Positions 32,112 through 41,603 of a stretch of 64,000 nucleotides of DNA are shown here, in pieces. The position numbers and the translations under genes are program-made. The stretch is from an uncultured Chloroflexota bacterium (GTDB lineage: Bacteria; Chloroflexota; Limnocylindria; Limnocylindrales; CSP1-4). Position 1 is the first letter of the stretch; each line of letters opens with the position of its first letter. Where the stretch lies: the NCBI GenBank assembly GCA_903822495.1, contig CAIJPD010000038.1:19014-83013 (forward strand). Reading direction: 5' to 3'. Below the pieces are notes generated by a model that was not told where the DNA came from, made no database searches, and worked only from the letters and a program-made list of their open reading frames with translations.

Positions 32112-35018
32112 ATGCGCTTCCTTTCCCGCTTCGTCGACTCCAACGACCGCGAGCTGCGCCGCGTCCAGCCGCTGGTCAGCGCCATCAACGCCCTGGAGCC
32201 CGAGCTCGAGGCGCTGACCGATGCCGAGATCCGTGAGCGCTTCGCCGCCCTGCGGGCCGAGGTGGCCCAGATCGCCGAGCCGGGCGAGATCCCGGAGGCC
32301 GAGCAGGAGGCGGATGGCGAGCGCCGACGCGAGCTCGCCAAGCAGCGCCGGAAGGCCCTCAACGACCGGGTCCAGGCCGCGCTCGACGACGCGCTGCCCG
32401 AGGTCTTCGCGATGGGCCGCGAGGCCATGCGCAGGTCGCTGGGGATGCGCCAGTACGACGTCCAGCTGATCGGCGGCATCGTCCTGCACCAGGGCCGGGT
32501 CGCCGAGATGAAGACCGGCGAAGGCAAGACCTTCGTGCCCACCCTGGCCGCCGCCCTGAACGCGCTGGCCGGGCGCGGCGTCCACGTGGTCACCGTGAAC
32601 GACTATCTCGCCCGCCGCGACCCCCAGTGGATGGGACCCGTCTTCCATTTCCTGGGCCTGAGCGTCGGGATGATCACCCACGACGCCTCCTTCGTCTTTG
32701 AGCCCGGCTACCCCACCAACGACGAGCGGCTCATCAACCTGCGCCCGGTCACTCGCCGCGAGGCCTACGCCGCCGACATCACCTACGGGACCAACAACGA
32801 GTTCGGCTTCGACTACCTCCGCGACAACATGGTCACGGAGCTGGAGAGCCGAGTCCAGCGCGAGCGGTTCTTCGGGATCGTGGACGAAGTGGACAACATC
32901 CTCATCGACGAAGCGCGGACGCCGCTGATCATCAGCGGCCAGGCGGAGGAATCGGCGGACCTGTACTTCACCTTCGCCCGCCTCGTGCCGCGCCTCCAGG
33001 GCCGCCCCGAGGGCGACGAAGAAGGCGGCGACTACTTCGTCGATCTCAAGGACAAGGCCGTCTCGCCCACCGAGGAGGGCGTCGACAAGATCGAGCGCCT
33101 GCTGGGCATCGACAACATGTACGACGCGGATCCCCGCCTGGCACGCCACTTCGAGCAGGCCCTCAAGGCCCATGCCCTGTACAAGCGTGATCGGGACTAC
33201 ATCGTCAAGGACGGCGAGATCGTCATCGTCGACGAGTTCACCGGCCGGCAGATGCCGGGCCGGCGCTGGTCGGAGGGACTCCACCAGGCGATCGAGGCCA
33301 AGGAGGGCCTGCGCGTCCAGCGCGAGTCCGTGACCATGGCCACCATCACCTTCCAGAACTACTTCCGCCTGTACGACAAGCTGGCCGGCATGACCGGCAC
33401 GGCCATGACCGAGGCGGAGGAGCTCCACAAGATCTACAACCTCGAGGTGGTGGCAATCCCCACCCACCGGCCGATGGTCCGCGAGGATCACGCCGACCTG
33501 GTCTTCCGCAACGAGGCGTCCAAGTTCAAGGCCGTCATCGACGAGATCGTGGAGATGCAGGAGGAGGGCCGGCCGGTCCTCGTGGGCACCATCTCGGTGG
33601 AGAAGTCCGAGGTGCTCGGCCGCATGCTCAAGCAGCGCGGCATCAAGCACGAGGTCCTCAACGCCAAGTTCCACGAGCAGGAGGCCCCGATCGTCGCCCA
33701 GGCCGGGCGCGCCGGTGCGGTCACCATCGCCACGAACATGGCGGGCCGCGGCACGGACATCAAGCTGGGCGGTGACCCGGCGGGCCTGGCCTCGATGATG
33801 CTCCACCGCAAGGGCCTGAACCCGGCCGAGGTGGACCGCGAGACGTACGCCGAGGCGCTGGCCGAGGCGAAGGCGATCTGCGACGAAGAGCACGAGCGGG
33901 TGGTGGAGGTCGGCGGCCTGCATATCGTGGGCACGGAGCGCCACGACTCACGGCGAATTGACAACCAGCTCCGTGGCCGCGCGGGCCGCCAGGGTGACCC
34001 GGGCTCCTCGCGCTTCTACCTCTCGCTGGATGACGACCTCATGAAGCGCTTCGCCTCGGACCGCGTCGCGGGCCTGATGGAGCGGATGGGGCTCGAGGAC
34101 GACGTCGCGATCGAATCGCGCCTCGTCAGCAAGACCATCGAGAGCGCCCAGTCGCGGGTCGAGGGCTACAACTTCGACATCCGCAAGCGCGTCGTCGAGT
34201 TCGATGACGTCATCAACAAGCAGCGCGAGACTATCTACGCCGAGCGCGACAAGGTGCTCCGCAACGAGGACCTCGCCGAGACCGTCGCCGGCTTCATCGC
34301 CGACGAACTCGGGGCCCTCGCGGACCAGCACCTGTCCGGGAACCCGGAGGAGTGGGGCGTCGAGGCATTCAGCAACGAGCTGCGCCGGATGGGGATCGAG
34401 ACCAGCGACATCTCCGACGACGACCTGTGGGGCCTGGGCACCAAGGAAGACATCGTCGCGCGACTCCAGGAGCTCGCCGAGGACAAGCTGGACGCCAAGG
34501 CCGACGAGGTCGGCGACGACTGGAAGCTCGTCGAGCGGCTGGTCCTCCTGCGCACGATCGACAGCCTCTGGGTGGACCACCTGACGGAGCTGGACGACAT
34601 GCGGCGGGGCATCGGCCTGCGGGGCTACGCCCAGCAGGACCCGCTCAACGAGTTCCGCAAGGAGGCCTTTGCCCTCTACGAGGAGCTGGGTGGCTTCATC
34701 CGCCACCAGGTCGCCACGACGATCTTCCGCGTCACCATCACCCGCCAGCCGGCGCCGGCGCCCGACGCCCCGGCGCCGCTCCCGGGACCCGGTCAGCCGG
34801 CCCGACCCGGGCCCGCCACGGCAGCACCGTCCCGCAGTACGAGTGCCGGCGGAGGCGTACCGGCTGGCCTGCCGGGGCCTGGTCCCGCGGCTCGAGCCGC
34901 CCTGCCGGCCGGCCCGCAGGCGCGGCCCGGCTTCACGCCGACCGGCCAGCGGATCGGGCGCAACGACGCGTGCTGGTGCGGCTCCGGGCAGAAGTACAAG
35001 CGCTGCCACGGCCGCTGA
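32112..35018 (+). CDS. secA: preprotein translocase ATPase SecA
   Basis: MRFLSRFVDSNDRELRR.., ..MKTGEGKT.., ..TNMAGRGTDI.., and a C-terminal SEC-C zinc motif CWCGSGQKYKRCHG. Confidence 0.97.
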   Translation: MRFLSRFVDSNDRELRRVQPLVSAINALEPELEALTDAEIRERFAALRAEVAQIAEPGEIPEAEQEADGERRRELAKQRRKALNDRVQAALDDALPEVFAMGREAMRRSLGMRQYDVQLIGGIVLHQGRVAEMKTGEGKTFVPTLAAALNALAGRGVHVVTVNDYLARRDPQWMGPVFHFLGLSVGMITHDASFVFEPGYPTNDERLINLRPVTRREAYAADITYGTNNEFGFDYLRDNMVTELESRVQRERFFGIVDEVDNILIDEARTPLIISGQAEESADLYFTFARLVPRLQGRPEGDEEGGDYFVDLKDKAVSPTEEGVDKIERLLGIDNMYDADPRLARHFEQALKAHALYKRDRDYIVKDGEIVIVDEFTGRQMPGRRWSEGLHQAIEAKEGLRVQRESVTMATITFQNYFRLYDKLAGMTGTAMTEAEELHKIYNLEVVAIPTHRPMVREDHADLVFRNEASKFKAVIDEIVEMQEEGRPVLVGTISVEKSEVLGRMLKQRGIKHEVLNAKFHEQEAPIVAQAGRAGAVTIATNMAGRGTDIKLGGDPAGLASMMLHRKGLNPAEVDRETYAEALAEAKAICDEEHERVVEVGGLHIVGTERHDSRRIDNQLRGRAGRQGDPGSSRFYLSLDDDLMKRFASDRVAGLMERMGLEDDVAIESRLVSKTIESAQSRVEGYNFDIRKRVVEFDDVINKQRETIYAERDKVLRNEDLAETVAGFIADELGALADQHLSGNPEEWGVEAFSNELRRMGIETSDISDDDLWGLGTKEDIVARLQELAEDKLDAKADEVGDDWKLVERLVLLRTIDSLWVDHLTELDDMRRGIGLRGYAQQDPLNEFRKEAFALYEELGGFIRHQVATTIFRVTITRQPAPAPDAPAPLPGPGQPARPGPATAAPSRSTSAGGGVPAGLPGPGPAARAALPAGPQARPGFTPTGQRIGRNDACWCGSGQKYKRCHGR

Positions 35019-35055
35019 CCCGCACTGGCGCGTCACCCCGCCCGACCACGGCACC

Positions 35056-35688
35056 ATGACGTCGCGGCTCAGGGACCTGGGCCGACTCATCCTCGCCCTG
35101 GCCGTGGGCGGGGTCCTGCTGACCGGCTACACCACGGTCCGCATCTGGCAGCAGGGTGAGCAGGACGAGGCCCGACCGGCCGATGCGATCGTCGTCCTGG
35201 GTGCCGCGCAGTACGACGGAAGCCCGTCCCCGGTGCTCCGCGCCCGCCTGGACCATGCCATCGACCTGTTTCGATCCGGGATCGCCCCGACGCTCGTCGT
35301 GACTGGCGGGAAGCTGCAAGCCGATCGGACCACCGAGGCGGGCACCGCCCGCGCCTATGCGGTCAAGCACGGGATCTCCGAGGCCGCCATCCTGATGGAG
35401 GATCGGGGCACCAGCACGCTGGAGTCACTCGACAGCGTCGCCGACATCCTGCGGGCGCGTGGCCTGCGCAGCGCCGTGTTCGTCTCCGATCGGACACACA
35501 TGCTGCGTGTGCTCCGGATCGCCCTGGATCACGGAATCGTGGCCTGGGGATCGCCCACGACCACAAGCCCAACCGACGCGACCCTTCCCGCCCGGGCCGA
35601 GGCCACGGTTCACGAGCTGGGCGGTCTGGCGACGTGGTTCCTGGGCGGCCGCGTGGCGTCCGATGGCATTGTCGCGATGGCCCGCTAG
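35056..35688 (+). CDS. DUF218 (YdcF/ElyC-like) protein
   Basis: N-terminal TM helix, ..DAIVVLGAAQYDGSPSPVLRARLDHA.., ..LVVTGG... The ATG at 35056 is inside a longer track ORF. Confidence 0.8.
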   Translation: MTSRLRDLGRLILALAVGGVLLTGYTTVRIWQQGEQDEARPADAIVVLGAAQYDGSPSPVLRARLDHAIDLFRSGIAPTLVVTGGKLQADRTTEAGTARAYAVKHGISEAAILMEDRGTSTLESLDSVADILRARGLRSAVFVSDRTHMLRVLRIALDHGIVAWGSPTTTSPTDATLPARAEATVHELGGLATWFLGGRVASDGIVAMAR

Positions 35689-35846
35689 GGGTACCGGCGG
35701 CAGAAGCCGACACGTCCCGCGCCGTCGGCCTGCGGGTGCCGGCCTCTACCGGTGCGGTCCGGGCTATTCTGGTGCGGTCTGGTAGACACCCGGCACGGCC
35801 CGCAGGCGGCGGTCAGCGCGACTGAGCCAATCTGCCATTACCCCTC

Positions 35847-35875
35847 TTGGCGACCGGGGAATCGTCGCGTATACT
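35847..35875 (+). promoter_or_regulatory. sigma70-type promoter candidate (TTGGCG-17 nt-TATACT)
   Basis: Read directly. It lies 50-95 nt upstream of the Cys-rich ORF starts. Confidence 0.5.
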
Positions 35876-35926
35876 GCGGTACACCTTGGCGCCCCTCGCC
35901 GTTCCACCCCCAATCTGGGGCGGTCG

Positions 35927-36193
35927 ATGATGCCGCCCCTGCCCCGCCCAGCAAGCAGCGAGGGATTCGTGAAGCAGGTCCAGGAAGAAGCCTTCGTCGA
36001 TCTCATCGCCTGTGAGCGAGATTGCCGGAACTGCAGTTACGCCGCCGCTCTGGACTGTGACGGCAACTGCGGTGTCTGCCCCCACAACGGCTATTGTCCC
36101 TGTGTGAACCCCGTCGTCGCCCGGAGCAAGTCAGCCCTTCGGCTGATCGAGCTCCGTCCGATCCTCCTCCAGGACCTGCGGGTTCGAACCTAG
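35927..36193 (+). CDS. hypothetical 8-cysteine small protein (two CX3CX2C motifs); alternative GTG start at 35969
   Basis: ..IACERDCRNCSYAAALDCDGNCGVCPHNGYCPCVNP.. Third-codon positions are G/C-rich. The TAG stop overlaps the prfB GTG (TAGTG). No family recognised. Confidence 0.6.
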   Translation: MMPPLPRPASSEGFVKQVQEEAFVDLIACERDCRNCSYAAALDCDGNCGVCPHNGYCPCVNPVVARSKSALRLIELRPILLQDLRVRT

Positions 36194-37315
36194 TGGAAGC
36201 GTCCACGGTTCGCGACCTCACGGGGAGGCTTCGGTCGACCTCGGGGCATCTTTGACCTCCCCACAAAGCAGCAGCGCCTCGAAGAGCTCCACTCCCTGAC
36301 GCTCGCCCCCGGCTTCTGGGACGACAGCCGGGGAGCCCAGAAGATCCTCCGCGAGGCGGACGGACTCTCCACCGAGATCGGCCTCTGGCGTGAGTTGCTG
36401 TCCCGCGCCGACGAGCTCGAGACCGTCCTCGAGCTGGCCGATGAGTCCGGCGACGCGGACCTCGCCGCCGAGCTTGACCGCACCGCCGCGGCGCTCAAGG
36501 TGGACTTCGAGCGCGAACGGACGGCGCTCCTCTTCTCCGGGGAGTACGACGATCGGCCGGCGCTCCTGTCCATCTCGGCCGGCGCCGGCGGTACCGAGGC
36601 GACGGACTGGACGGAGATGCTCCTCCGCATGTACCTGCGCTGGGCGGAGCGACACCGCTTCCCCACCAGCATCATCGACGCGCAGGAGGGCGAGCAGGCC
36701 GGGCTCAAGAGCGTGACGGTGGCGATCAATGGGCGGCGCGCCTACGGCTGGCTGCGCGCCGAGCGTGGGGTCCACCGCCTGGTGCGGATCTCCCCGTACG
36801 ACGCACAGAAGCGACGCCAGACCACCTTCGCGCTGGTCGAGGTCCTGCCCGAGGCGGACGACGACGTCGAGATCGAGCTCAACTGGGACGAGATCCGGGT
36901 TGACACGTACCGCTCGCAGGGCGCGGGTGGCCAGCATGTCAACAAGACGGACTCGGCCATCCGGCTGACCCACTTCCCGTCCGGGATCGTGGTCCAGAGC
37001 CAGAACGAGCGCTCCCAGACGCAGAACAAGGAGAACGCGATCAAGGTCCTCAAGTCGCGCCTCCTCGAGCGCGCGCTCGAGGAACGCGAGGAGGCGGTCC
37101 GCAAGCTCAAGGGCGAGCACATCGAGGCAGGCTGGGGCAACCAGATTCGGAGCTACGTCCTCCACCCCTACCAGATGGTCAAGGACCTCCGGACCGCGGT
37201 CGAGACTTCCAACACGGGTGCCGTGCTCGACGGCGACATCGACGTCTTCATGCAGGCGGAGCTGGAACGGCTGGCGACGGGCCGGCCGCCATCCTCCGAC
37301 GCCGACGCGGGCTGA
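36193..37315 (+). CDS. prfB: peptide chain release factor 2 (requires a +1 programmed frameshift at 36250-36256)
   Basis: Frame 0 reads MEASTVRDLTGRLRSTSGHL then TGA. The +1 frame continues DLPTKQQRLEELHSLTLAPGFWDD.. and includes SQGAGGQHVNKTDSAIRLTH (GGQ). Confidence 0.95.
36243..36256 (+). promoter_or_regulatory. RF2 programmed +1 frameshift site
   Basis: GGGG-CAT-CTT-TGA-C compares with E. coli AGGGGG-TAT-CTT-TGA-C. Confidence 0.9.
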
Positions 37316-37317
37316 GC

Positions 37318-38295
37318 GTGACGCCGGACGCCGCACCGACCGGCGGCGGCTCCGGGCCGGCTGATCAGGGCGGGCGAGCGGGCGGGCGGCTGTCCATCCG
37401 GCGAGCCAGGCCCTCCGACATCCCCGCCTGCGGCCGCACCTGGCGCGATGCGCTGAACGGCTACCTCGTGCGCCTGGGCCAACCGGAGATTCCGAACGAG
37501 CCGGGGTCCATCGGACGGCTCCATGCGCACGCCATGACCACGGACCCGGACCGCTTCCTGGTGGCGGTGCGGGGCGACCGGGTGGTCGCCTTCGCGTCGG
37601 CCCTCGATCGCGAGCCGCTCTGGTACTTGTCGATGCTCTTCGTGGAGCCGGCCGAGCAGGGCCGCGGCCTGGGCAGGCGGCTGCTGGAGCGGGTGATGCC
37701 GGACGCGGCAAGGCGCGCGGGCCGGTTCCTCGCCGTCGCCTCGGACAGCGTCCAGCCAATCTCCAACGCGCTGTATGCCGCCCACGGGATGCCGCCCCGG
37801 ATCACGCTCCACCACCTGGTGGGCCGTCCCGTCCGGGACAATCTGCTCCCATCGCTGCCGCCCGGGGTCACCGCCCACCCCGTGGCCGCCGACGCCGCAT
37901 CGCTGCCCGCCGATATCCATGCCCTCGATCGCGAGTTGCTTGGGTTTGCCCACCCCGCCGACCACGCCTTCGCCGTGGCGCAGGGCCGGCTCCCGCACGT
38001 GTACCGGAACGCCGACGGGTCCCTGGCCGGGTACGGCTACGCCTCCAGCGTGGGCCATGTCGGCCCGGTCGCAGCACGCGACCCCGGGCACCTGTCGGCC
38101 ATCACCGGGCACCTGCTCCAGGCCGTGGTCCCCCGTGGCGCCTCGGCGGTCTGGGTCCCCGGTGATGCCGGCGAGACGTTCACCGGCCTGATTCGGGCCG
38201 GCCTCAGAATCGAAGGCTTCCCCGTTCTGCTCCTCTGGGATCGGCCCCTGGTCGACTTCGATCGCTACCTGCCGCAATCGCCGGGCCTCCTCTAG
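37318..38295 (+). CDS. GNAT family N-acetyltransferase (two-domain)
   Basis: ..VAFASALDREPLWYLSMLFVEPAEQGRGLGRRLLERV.. Confidence 0.75.
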   Translation: MTPDAAPTGGGSGPADQGGRAGGRLSIRRARPSDIPACGRTWRDALNGYLVRLGQPEIPNEPGSIGRLHAHAMTTDPDRFLVAVRGDRVVAFASALDREPLWYLSMLFVEPAEQGRGLGRRLLERVMPDAARRAGRFLAVASDSVQPISNALYAAHGMPPRITLHHLVGRPVRDNLLPSLPPGVTAHPVAADAASLPADIHALDRELLGFAHPADHAFAVAQGRLPHVYRNADGSLAGYGYASSVGHVGPVAARDPGHLSAITGHLLQAVVPRGASAVWVPGDAGETFTGLIRAGLRIEGFPVLLLWDRPLVDFDRYLPQSPGLL

Positions 38296-38507
38296 ATGCG
38301 GGCGTTTGCCGCCCCCGGCGCCCGATGCTAGCCTCCCCCGGTGCTTCCCTGGATCCGGCCGTGACCCCCCTCCGGTCTCCGCTGTCTTCGTCGTCGACCC
38401 GTTCCGGGCGCTCCGCGGCGCGTCAACAGGATGGCTTCGCCGATCGCGTGCGCGGCCTCCTCACGGGGCGGGCCGGTGCCCGTGTCCGTCGACCCCCCGA
38501 CAACACG

Positions 38508-39194
38508 GTGCTGGTCCTGCGCGACGTCACCAAGGAGTACGCGAACGGCAAGCAGGCCTTGCGCGACGTCGACCTGGTGATCCCCGAGGGGGACTTCGTG
38601 TTCCTCGTCGGCCCGTCCGGGGCCGGCAAGAGCACGCTCATGAAGCTGATCATCCGCGACGAGCTCGCCAGCCACGGCGAGGTATTCCTGGATGGGGAGG
38701 ACCTGGCTCGCGTCCCGCGCCGCCAGGTGCCGCGCATCCGGCGCAAGATCGGGACGGTCTTCCAGGACTTCAAGCTGCTGCCGTCCAAGACGGTGCGCGA
38801 GAACGTGGCCTTTGCCCTCGAGGTGACCGGCACGCCGCGTCGCCAGGTCGGGCCGGCGGTGGACCGGGTCCTGGCGCTGGTTGGCCTCTCGGCCCAGGCC
38901 AGCCAGACCCCGGCGCAGCTCTCCGGTGGAGAGCGCCAGCGCACGGCAATCGCCCGGGCATTGGTCCACGACCCGCGGATCATCATCGCGGATGAGCCCA
39001 CCGGGAACCTGGACCCGCTGATCAGCTGGGAGATCATCCAGCTGCTCCTCCGGATCAATGAGCTGGGCGTCACCGTCCTGATGGCCACGCACGATGCGGA
39101 CGTCGTGACGGCGCTGCGCAAACGGGTGGTCGCCCTCGAGGATGGCCGGGTCATCCGGGACGAGGTGGGCGGTGCCTACCATCGCGAAGACTGA
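38508..39194 (+). CDS. ftsE: cell division ATP-binding protein FtsE
   Basis: GTG at 38508 gives VLVLRDVTKEYANGKQALRDVDLVIPEGDFVFLVGPSGAGKST.., followed by LSGGERQR. Alternative GTG at 38448. Confidence 0.92.
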   Translation: MLVLRDVTKEYANGKQALRDVDLVIPEGDFVFLVGPSGAGKSTLMKLIIRDELASHGEVFLDGEDLARVPRRQVPRIRRKIGTVFQDFKLLPSKTVRENVAFALEVTGTPRRQVGPAVDRVLALVGLSAQASQTPAQLSGGERQRTAIARALVHDPRIIIADEPTGNLDPLISWEIIQLLLRINELGVTVLMATHDADVVTALRKRVVALEDGRVIRDEVGGAYHRED

Positions 39195-39206
39195 CGTGAC
39201 GCACCC

Positions 39207-40091
39207 ATGATCCGCTTCGTCGGCTTCGCGCTGGGCCGCGCCTGGCAGGGCTTCTGGCGGAACGTCGTCATGAGCGTCGCGGCCACCGGCACGATGGTCC
39301 TCATGCTCCTCCTGCTCTCCGGCTTCTGGATCGTCCAGACCGGGCTCATCGCCGGGCTGGAATTCGTGGAGCAGAAGGTCCAGGTGGTTGCGGACCTGAA
39401 CGACGCGACCACCGCCGAACGCGCCGCCCAGCTGGTCGCCCGCACGGCCGCGCTCCCGGAGGTCGCCCGCGTCACCTACGTCTCCCGCGAGGAGGCACTC
39501 CAGCGCTTCCGCGACGCCCGGGCCGCGCAGGGCGAGGAGGACCTCACCCCCTACCTGGGATCGAACCCGCTGCACGCCAGCCTGGAGGTCACGCTGCGCA
39601 ACCCCGGGCAGTTCGGGCAGGTGCTCGAGGTCCTCCGGGCGGAGCCGGACGTGATCCGCGTGAAGGACATCCAGGACCTCGTGGAGCGGGTGCTGACGGT
39701 GACCTCGATGCTCCGCACCGCGGGCGCGGTGGTGCTCGTGATCGTCGGGCTGATCGTCCTGTTCATCATCGTGAACACGATCCGTCTCGCCGTGGTCGCC
39801 CGGGCCGAGGAGATCGAGATCATGCGGCTGGTCGGTGCCAGCGACGCGTTCATCCGCTGGCCATTCGTCTTCGAGGGGGCGCTGGTCGGGCTCTTTGGCG
39901 CGGGCATCACGCTGGCCATCCTGTTCGGCGCGTCCGAGCCGCTCGCTCGCTTCATGTTCGACTTCTTCCGGGTCCTCCCGTTCCGGGTGGAGTCGATCGC
40001 CCGCGACGTCAGCCTCCTGGTCGTGGGGACCGGCGTGGGGCTGGGGGTGCTCGGATCATGGCTCTCCGTCCGGACCTACCTCCTGCGCTGA
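39207..40091 (+). CDS. ftsX: cell division permease-like protein FtsX
   Basis: 294 aa: TM helix, periplasmic domain, then three TM helices, directly after ftsE. Confidence 0.9.
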   Translation: MIRFVGFALGRAWQGFWRNVVMSVAATGTMVLMLLLLSGFWIVQTGLIAGLEFVEQKVQVVADLNDATTAERAAQLVARTAALPEVARVTYVSREEALQRFRDARAAQGEEDLTPYLGSNPLHASLEVTLRNPGQFGQVLEVLRAEPDVIRVKDIQDLVERVLTVTSMLRTAGAVVLVIVGLIVLFIIVNTIRLAVVARAEEIEIMRLVGASDAFIRWPFVFEGALVGLFGAGITLAILFGASEPLARFMFDFFRVLPFRVESIARDVSLLVVGTGVGLGVLGSWLSVRTYLLR

Positions 40092-40098
40092 TACCTCC

Positions 40099-40171
40099 GG
40101 CCCACCGAAGGAGGGCGGCCCACCGAAGGTGGGCGGGGCGCACCCGGTGTAGGCTCTCGCCAGTGCGCCCC
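40099..40171 (+). repeat. 13-nt direct repeat x2 (ggcccaccgaagg) plus three hairpins in the ftsX-ctp spacer
   Basis: Repeats at 40099-40111 and 40117-40129. Hairpins: GCCCACC-gaa-GGTGGGC (40118-40134) and GGGGCGCAC-19 nt-GTGCGCCCC (40135-40171). Confidence 0.6.
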
Positions 40172-40203
40172 AGCCGGCGTCCCCACCGAGGATCACCAGC
40201 CGA

Positions 40204-41568
40204 ATGCTTGCCCCCGAGTCCTCCGACCCGGCGACCCCGTCGACACCGTCGACGCAGCCAGTCACGACGCCAATCGTCCAGCCCGTGACGCCGCCCGGTC
40301 CTCGGGCCTCCCGTTCGGTGCTGCTCGTCGCCCTGGGCCTGGTGCTGGTGATGACCGGCGGCACGCTCTTCTGGTCTGGCTACACCCTGGGCCAGCGCTC
40401 CGCGCTCCAGCCCGGCACACCCGCCGCTGACGACATCGCGTTCCAGCCGTTCTGGGACGCCTATCGTGCGGTCGTCGATCGCTACGCGGGCGGCCCGGTG
40501 GACAAGGAGCTCCTGATCGAAGGCGCCATCAAGGGGATGGTTGGCGCGCTGGGCGATCCGTACTCCACGTACATGTCGCCGTCGGACTACAAGCAGGCGC
40601 TCCAGGACCTGTCCGGCCAGTTCGAGGGGATCGGGGCCGAGATCGGCACCCGCAAGCCCGATGGCACCGCGACGGACTGCTCAACGCTGGGCTCCGACTG
40701 CCGCCTGACCGTGATCGCGCCGATCGAGGGATCGCCGGCGCAGGCAGCCGGCGTCAAGGCCGGCGACCAGGTGGTGGCCGTCGACGGCAAGTCGCTCGAC
40801 GGGCTGACCGTGGACGGCGCGCGCGACAAGATCCGCGGCCCCAAGGGCACCAAGGTGACGCTCGCGATCGTCCGCGACGGCGCGGCCCCGTTCGACCTGA
40901 CCATCACCCGCGACGTGATCGTCTCGAGGGAGGTCACCTCGAAGGACCTGGCGGGCGGCACCATCGGCTACGTCAAGCTGAACGGATTCTCCGAGACCGG
41001 CGCCGACGAGGTCGTCGCGGCCATCAAGGAGGACGTCGCCGCCGGACGCAAGGCGATCATCCTGGACCTGCGCGGCAACCCGGGCGGCTTCGTCGACGCG
41101 GCGCGCAAGGTGGCCAGCCAGTTCATCAAGGACGGGCCCATCTTCTGGCAAGAGGATTCGAAGGGGACGCAGACACCCACCCAGGCACTCCCCGACGGCA
41201 TCGCCACGGACCCGGCCATCAGGGTGATCGTGCTGATCGACAAGGGCAGCGCGTCGGCGAGCGAGATCGTCGCCGGGGCGCTCCACGACGCCGGCCGGGC
41301 TACCCTCGTGGGAGACACGTCGTACGGCAAGGGCACCGTGCAGCAGTGGACCGACCTGGGCAGCGGCGGCGGCGGCCTCAAGCTGACGATTGCCAAGTGG
41401 CTCACGCCGGACAAGACGTGGATCCACCACATCGGGATCACGCCGGATGTGCTCATCACCGTCCCGTCGGACAACCCCACCGGCTCGGACCCGGCGCTGG
41501 ACAAGGCGGTCCAGATCCTGTCCACCGGCGCCGCCGCCATGGTGCCGGTGCTGCGGCGCGCCGCCTGA
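40204..41568 (+). CDS. S41 family carboxyl-terminal processing protease (PDZ domain)
   Basis: ..FEGIGAEIG.., a PDZ segment, ..LDLRGNPGG.. and ..GSASASEIVAGAL..GKGTVQ... Confidence 0.9.
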   Translation: MLAPESSDPATPSTPSTQPVTTPIVQPVTPPGPRASRSVLLVALGLVLVMTGGTLFWSGYTLGQRSALQPGTPAADDIAFQPFWDAYRAVVDRYAGGPVDKELLIEGAIKGMVGALGDPYSTYMSPSDYKQALQDLSGQFEGIGAEIGTRKPDGTATDCSTLGSDCRLTVIAPIEGSPAQAAGVKAGDQVVAVDGKSLDGLTVDGARDKIRGPKGTKVTLAIVRDGAAPFDLTITRDVIVSREVTSKDLAGGTIGYVKLNGFSETGADEVVAAIKEDVAAGRKAIILDLRGNPGGFVDAARKVASQFIKDGPIFWQEDSKGTQTPTQALPDGIATDPAIRVIVLIDKGSASASEIVAGALHDAGRATLVGDTSYGKGTVQQWTDLGSGGGGLKLTIAKWLTPDKTWIHHIGITPDVLITVPSDNPTGSDPALDKAVQILSTGAAAMVPVLRRAA

Positions 41569-41603
41569 AAATCAGGTGCTTGCGCGGTCCCGCGGTCTTG
41601 CGG

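Noticed and set aside
36176-36195. A T-loop-like GGGTTCGAACC suggesting a tRNA.
   Set aside because: There is no complementary T-stem, acceptor stem or anticodon arm around it. It lies within the end of the Cys-rich ORF and the prfB start.
38296-38507. A TTGCCG-17 nt-TAGCCT promoter-like pair and the long N-terminal extension of the ftsE track ORF.
   Set aside because: The -10 match is only 3/6, and the extension (MLASPGASLDPAVTPLRSP..) has no FtsE homology. FtsE alignment supports the GTG at 38508.
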